A stretch of DNA of 64,000 nt from Elsinoe ampelina. Lineage: Eukaryota. Positions 60,848-64,000 of the stretch are shown here, piece by piece (within the stretch, counting starts at the first letter, position 1; each line of letters starts with the position of its first letter). The stretch is from positions 1,270,566 through 1,334,565 of the forward strand of contig ML992501.1 in assembly GCA_010093995.1 (NCBI GenBank). Direction: 5' to 3'. The notes under the pieces are model-generated. The model did no database searches. It had not been told where the DNA came from and saw only the letters and a list, made by a program, of their open reading frames with translations. Both the position numbers and the translations under genes were made by a program.

Positions 60848-62442
60848 ATGTCCATCATGACAACGACAGTCAAGTCGGATCAGAAGCAATCCCATGATCT
60901 TCCATCTCTGTCCACAGAAGCAGTCCAGCCAAATGCTTGGAAATGGGAGGAGGATGCCAGCAATCCATATAACTGGCCGAGATGGAAGAAGAATCTCCAG
61001 TGCGCCAATATCGCCATGCTGGGCTTCACATGGTATGCATAATACTTCGCGTCGTTTTCCGCCACACTGATCCCTACCAGCTCTGTCGGCACCTCAATCA
61101 TCAGCCCAGCTCGGTTTCAGCTCATCGACCATTTTGGAGTGTCCGGAACGGTCGCCTTCCTCCCTTTGTCCCTTTACGTACTCGCCCTTGGCCTTGGACC
61201 TATAGTCGGAGGACCTCTGTCTGAATCGGCTGGTAGACAAGCTGTCTTCATCATGGCAGTGGTGTTTGGCGGGCTTTTCTCGCTCGGATCAGGCCTGACC
61301 AACAGTTTTGTCGGACTCTGCATAATGCGATTTCTTTCAGGCTTCTTCTGGGGACCTGTCCTAGCTGTCGGTTCTGGGATCATCAACGAGGTGTACCGAC
61401 CAGTGAATCGTGGGGTTCCGAGCGCAGTCTTCATCCTCAGTCCCTTTCTAGGCCCCGGCCTCGGGTAAGTACTACCACATTTTCATACGACAGATCTGAC
61501 CAGTAAGCCCGGTACTAGGTGTCTTCATCGTCGACGGAAAAGATTGGCGTTGGATCCAATATACTCTCACCATCTTCGCTGCCGTCTGTTTACTCTGCCT
61601 CCCCTTTCCAGGCGAAAGCTACCACCCAATCCTCATCCGCCGCCGCATGAAGGCTCTCGGTCTCACCCCTCCACCACGCGATCCGCCATCACTGATCCTC
61701 AAACGTTTCCTCACCATCGGTCTGCTTCGTCCTCTCCACATGATGGCCACCGAGCCCATCGTCGGGTACCTCTGCCTCTACATCGCCTGCACCTTCGGCA
61801 CACTCTTCATGTTTTTCGGCGCCTTTTTCTACGTCTTCCAGACGGCGTACAGATTCACGCAGATCCAGTGTGGTCTTGTCTTTCTCGGTATCGCCTTTGG
61901 TTGCGTCCTCGGCTGCGCAAGCATGCTTGCTTCCGATAGACTCTTATATCGGCCCCGGGCCAAGGCCTTCTCGGGGACACAGATTCCTGCGGAGTTGAGA
62001 CTATATCCGGCCATGATCGGGAGTCTCGGTGTACCTGTCAGCCTTTTCTGGTTTGCTTGGTCTGCAAGGGCAGGGGTCAATCCTGCTGCACCTATCGTGG
62101 CGATCGTGCTGTTTGGGTGGTCGAATATCATGCTGTTCATCAGTTCGATGCAGTACCTTGGGGATACATATCACATGAGTAATGTGGCGAGTGCTTCAGC
62201 GGCGAATGGTCTGGCCCGTTATGGCTGCGCGGCGGCGTTCCCGTTGTTTTCGATTTTGTGTGAGCATGATCCACGGGAGAGCTTTGACTATCACTGACGT
62301 GAACATAGTTTATGAACGATTAGGAACCGGCTGGGCGACTAGTGTCCTCGGCTTCATCACGTTAGCACTACTACCAGGCCCCTGGCTCCTCTTCAAATAC
62401 GGCAAACAAATCCGAGCACGTAGCAAGTACCAAACGCAGTAG
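60848..62442 (+). CDS. MFS drug:H+ antiporter (DHA1-type)
   Basis: Motifs W.EDASNPYNWPRWKK, GPLSESAGR, WRW, E.RLYPAM and GWATSVLG. Introns at ~61033-61080, ~61465-61507 and ~62260-62308. Confidence 0.9.
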
Positions 62443-62482
62443 TAGATCTGTAGATCTCAATACACATTCAACTACACACGCT

Positions 62483-63994
62483 TCAAATCTCCTTCTCCCC
62501 CTTCTCCTCCCCCTCGACAATCGCCTCGCTACTCGCCCCCAACCCCATCCGACTCGTATCATACCCATTCCGCCCCAAATAAGCCCTAAACTCCTCATCC
62601 TCCCTATCAATCGTATCCTGCCCAATATGCGGCAACAAAAACAACGCCAACCCCGCGCTCACCACGCAAAGCGCACTACTGATGAAAAACGGCAGCTGGC
62701 CCGCCTTGACCGGATCCGTCTCTTCATACCGGTTGTACAAAATACTCAACACCTGCGTCCCCACAAACGCCCCCACCTTGCCCAACGCCGCCGCGATGCC
62801 ATAGTACTGGCCCCTGACGGCGGTAGCGCACGTCTTACTCGCGACAAGCCCGATGTTGTCCCCCGGGCCGAGTTCGCCGAGAGACAGAAACACGCCGTAC
62901 ACGACGACAAACCCAGCGACGTTTTCCGGACGGGACAGCGGGGCGTAGCACCCCGCCATTATGAAGCCCACGACGGCCTGGGCCAGGACGCCGTACCCGA
63001 GCGTCTTCTTCGGGCCGATCCAGTCGCTCACGAAGGACCCCGCGATGCAACCCGGCATGTAGAAGAAGGTGATGAGGGTGTTCCACGCGAAGGATTTCCA
63101 CAGCGCGGTCTGGCTGCCGAGGAGGTTGGCCACGATGGTGCTGCTGAAGATGCCGAACGAGTAGGCCGAGAAGTCGTAGATGAACCAGATGAGGGAGACG
63201 GTGAGGAGGCGGCGCCAGTAGAATTTGGTCACCAGGGACCAAGGGGTGCGGGTGTGCGCCATGGTGTTGCGTTTGTAGGCTTCGGGTTCGGAGAGTTTGA
63301 GGCGGAGGTAGAGGAGGGATAGAGGCGGGAAGACGCCCAGGCCGAGGCAGATGCGCCAGGCGGCGCGGAGGTGGGATTCGGTGGTCGCGAGGACGACGAT
63401 CATGGGGACAATGGCCGCGACGACGAAGCCGAGGTCGATTTGCACGTTGGTGAAGAGGATGAACCACCTGTTGCGCGTGCCGGAGGGGAGTTCGCCGGTG
63501 GATTCGGCGCAGCCTACGCTGCCGGCGGGGTACTCGCCGCCGATGCCGATGCCGGTGAGGAAGCGGTAGGCGGTCAGGGCGGCGAAGAGGCCGGACTGGG
63601 AGCCGTGGGCGCCGTAGGAGCCGGCGGAGAGGGCGGCGAAGATGAGGATGATGATGGTGGAGACGAAGAGGGACCATTTGCGGGAATAGTGGTCGGAGGT
63701 CCAGCCGAAGAGGAGCATGCCGACGACGGTGCCGGCAAAGGTGATCGAGGAGACGTTGGCTTGGGCGGCGCTGGTCTTGTAGGTGGTGGGATAGATGCGG
63801 GCGAGGAGAGTGTTGACGCTGCCGATCACGCCGTTGAGATATCCATCGCTGAAGAGGCCGGTACCGCAGGCGATGACTGGCCAGAGGCGTTCCCAGCGGC
63901 CTTTTTGCGTTGCAGCATAGGAGCCACGGCGGGCATCGTCTGGAGATGAGGCGGGGTCCGGGGATGTGGTGGTGGAGGGGTCCTTGGTCGCCAT
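62483..63994 (-). CDS. GIT1: Glycerophosphoinositol/glycerophosphodiester MFS permease
   Basis: Motifs GLFSDGY, GIGIGGEYP, GELGPGDN, RGQYYGIAAALGKVGA and EDEEFRAYL..NGYD. Confidence 0.9.
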   Translation of the reverse strand: MATKDPSTTTSPDPASSPDDARRGSYAATQKGRWERLWPVIACGTGLFSDGYLNGVIGSVNTLLARIYPTTYKTSAAQANVSSITFAGTVVGMLLFGWTSDHYSRKWSLFVSTIIILIFAALSAGSYGAHGSQSGLFAALTAYRFLTGIGIGGEYPAGSVGCAESTGELPSGTRNRWFILFTNVQIDLGFVVAAIVPMIVVLATTESHLRAAWRICLGLGVFPPLSLLYLRLKLSEPEAYKRNTMAHTRTPWSLVTKFYWRRLLTVSLIWFIYDFSAYSFGIFSSTIVANLLGSQTALWKSFAWNTLITFFYMPGCIAGSFVSDWIGPKKTLGYGVLAQAVVGFIMAGCYAPLSRPENVAGFVVVYGVFLSLGELGPGDNIGLVASKTCATAVRGQYYGIAAALGKVGAFVGTQVLSILYNRYEETDPVKAGQLPFFISSALCVVSAGLALFLLPHIGQDTIDREDEEFRAYLGRNGYDTSRMGLGASSEAIVEGEEKGEKEI

Positions 63995-64000
63995 CTTGTT

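Noticed and set aside
62627..63949. Several 190-280 aa ORFs overlapping GIT1
   Set aside because: Antisense or alternate-frame shadows of a GC-rich gene.

Overview
Filamentous ascomycete genomic DNA, with short GT-AG introns carrying CTRAC branch points and AT-rich repeats degraded by RIP (repeat-induced point mutation); a Dothideomycete-like origin is inferred, not proven. A ~48-kb gene-rich block (1044-49059) lies between two oppositely oriented copies of one Ty1/copia LTR-retrotransposon family with 142-bp LTRs. The right copy (49060-57279) has a CCTAT target-site duplication and a third, internal LTR. Recognisable housekeeping genes are Btb1/IBTK-like, BFR2, a BSD protein, YRB30, CCDC124, an aquaglyceroporin, HIS5, DGK1, PEX11, ABD1, RPN7, CDC45, ATG13, an MFS transporter and GIT1. 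Accessory islands between them hold the main novelty: a tandem triplet of divergent paralogs (15171-19252) with an apparent ADP-ribosyltransferase (ART)-like motif layout and a shared intron, and a separate secreted enterotoxin-A-like protein with a Pro-rich tail ending in a candidate nuclear localisation signal (44179-44925). Also present are a decayed GPI-protein gene, an internally deleted FAD monooxygenase, a small element with terminal inverted repeats and a 6x DDDWDPEKP repeat in the cap methyltransferase. All family assignments are by eye; no searches were run.
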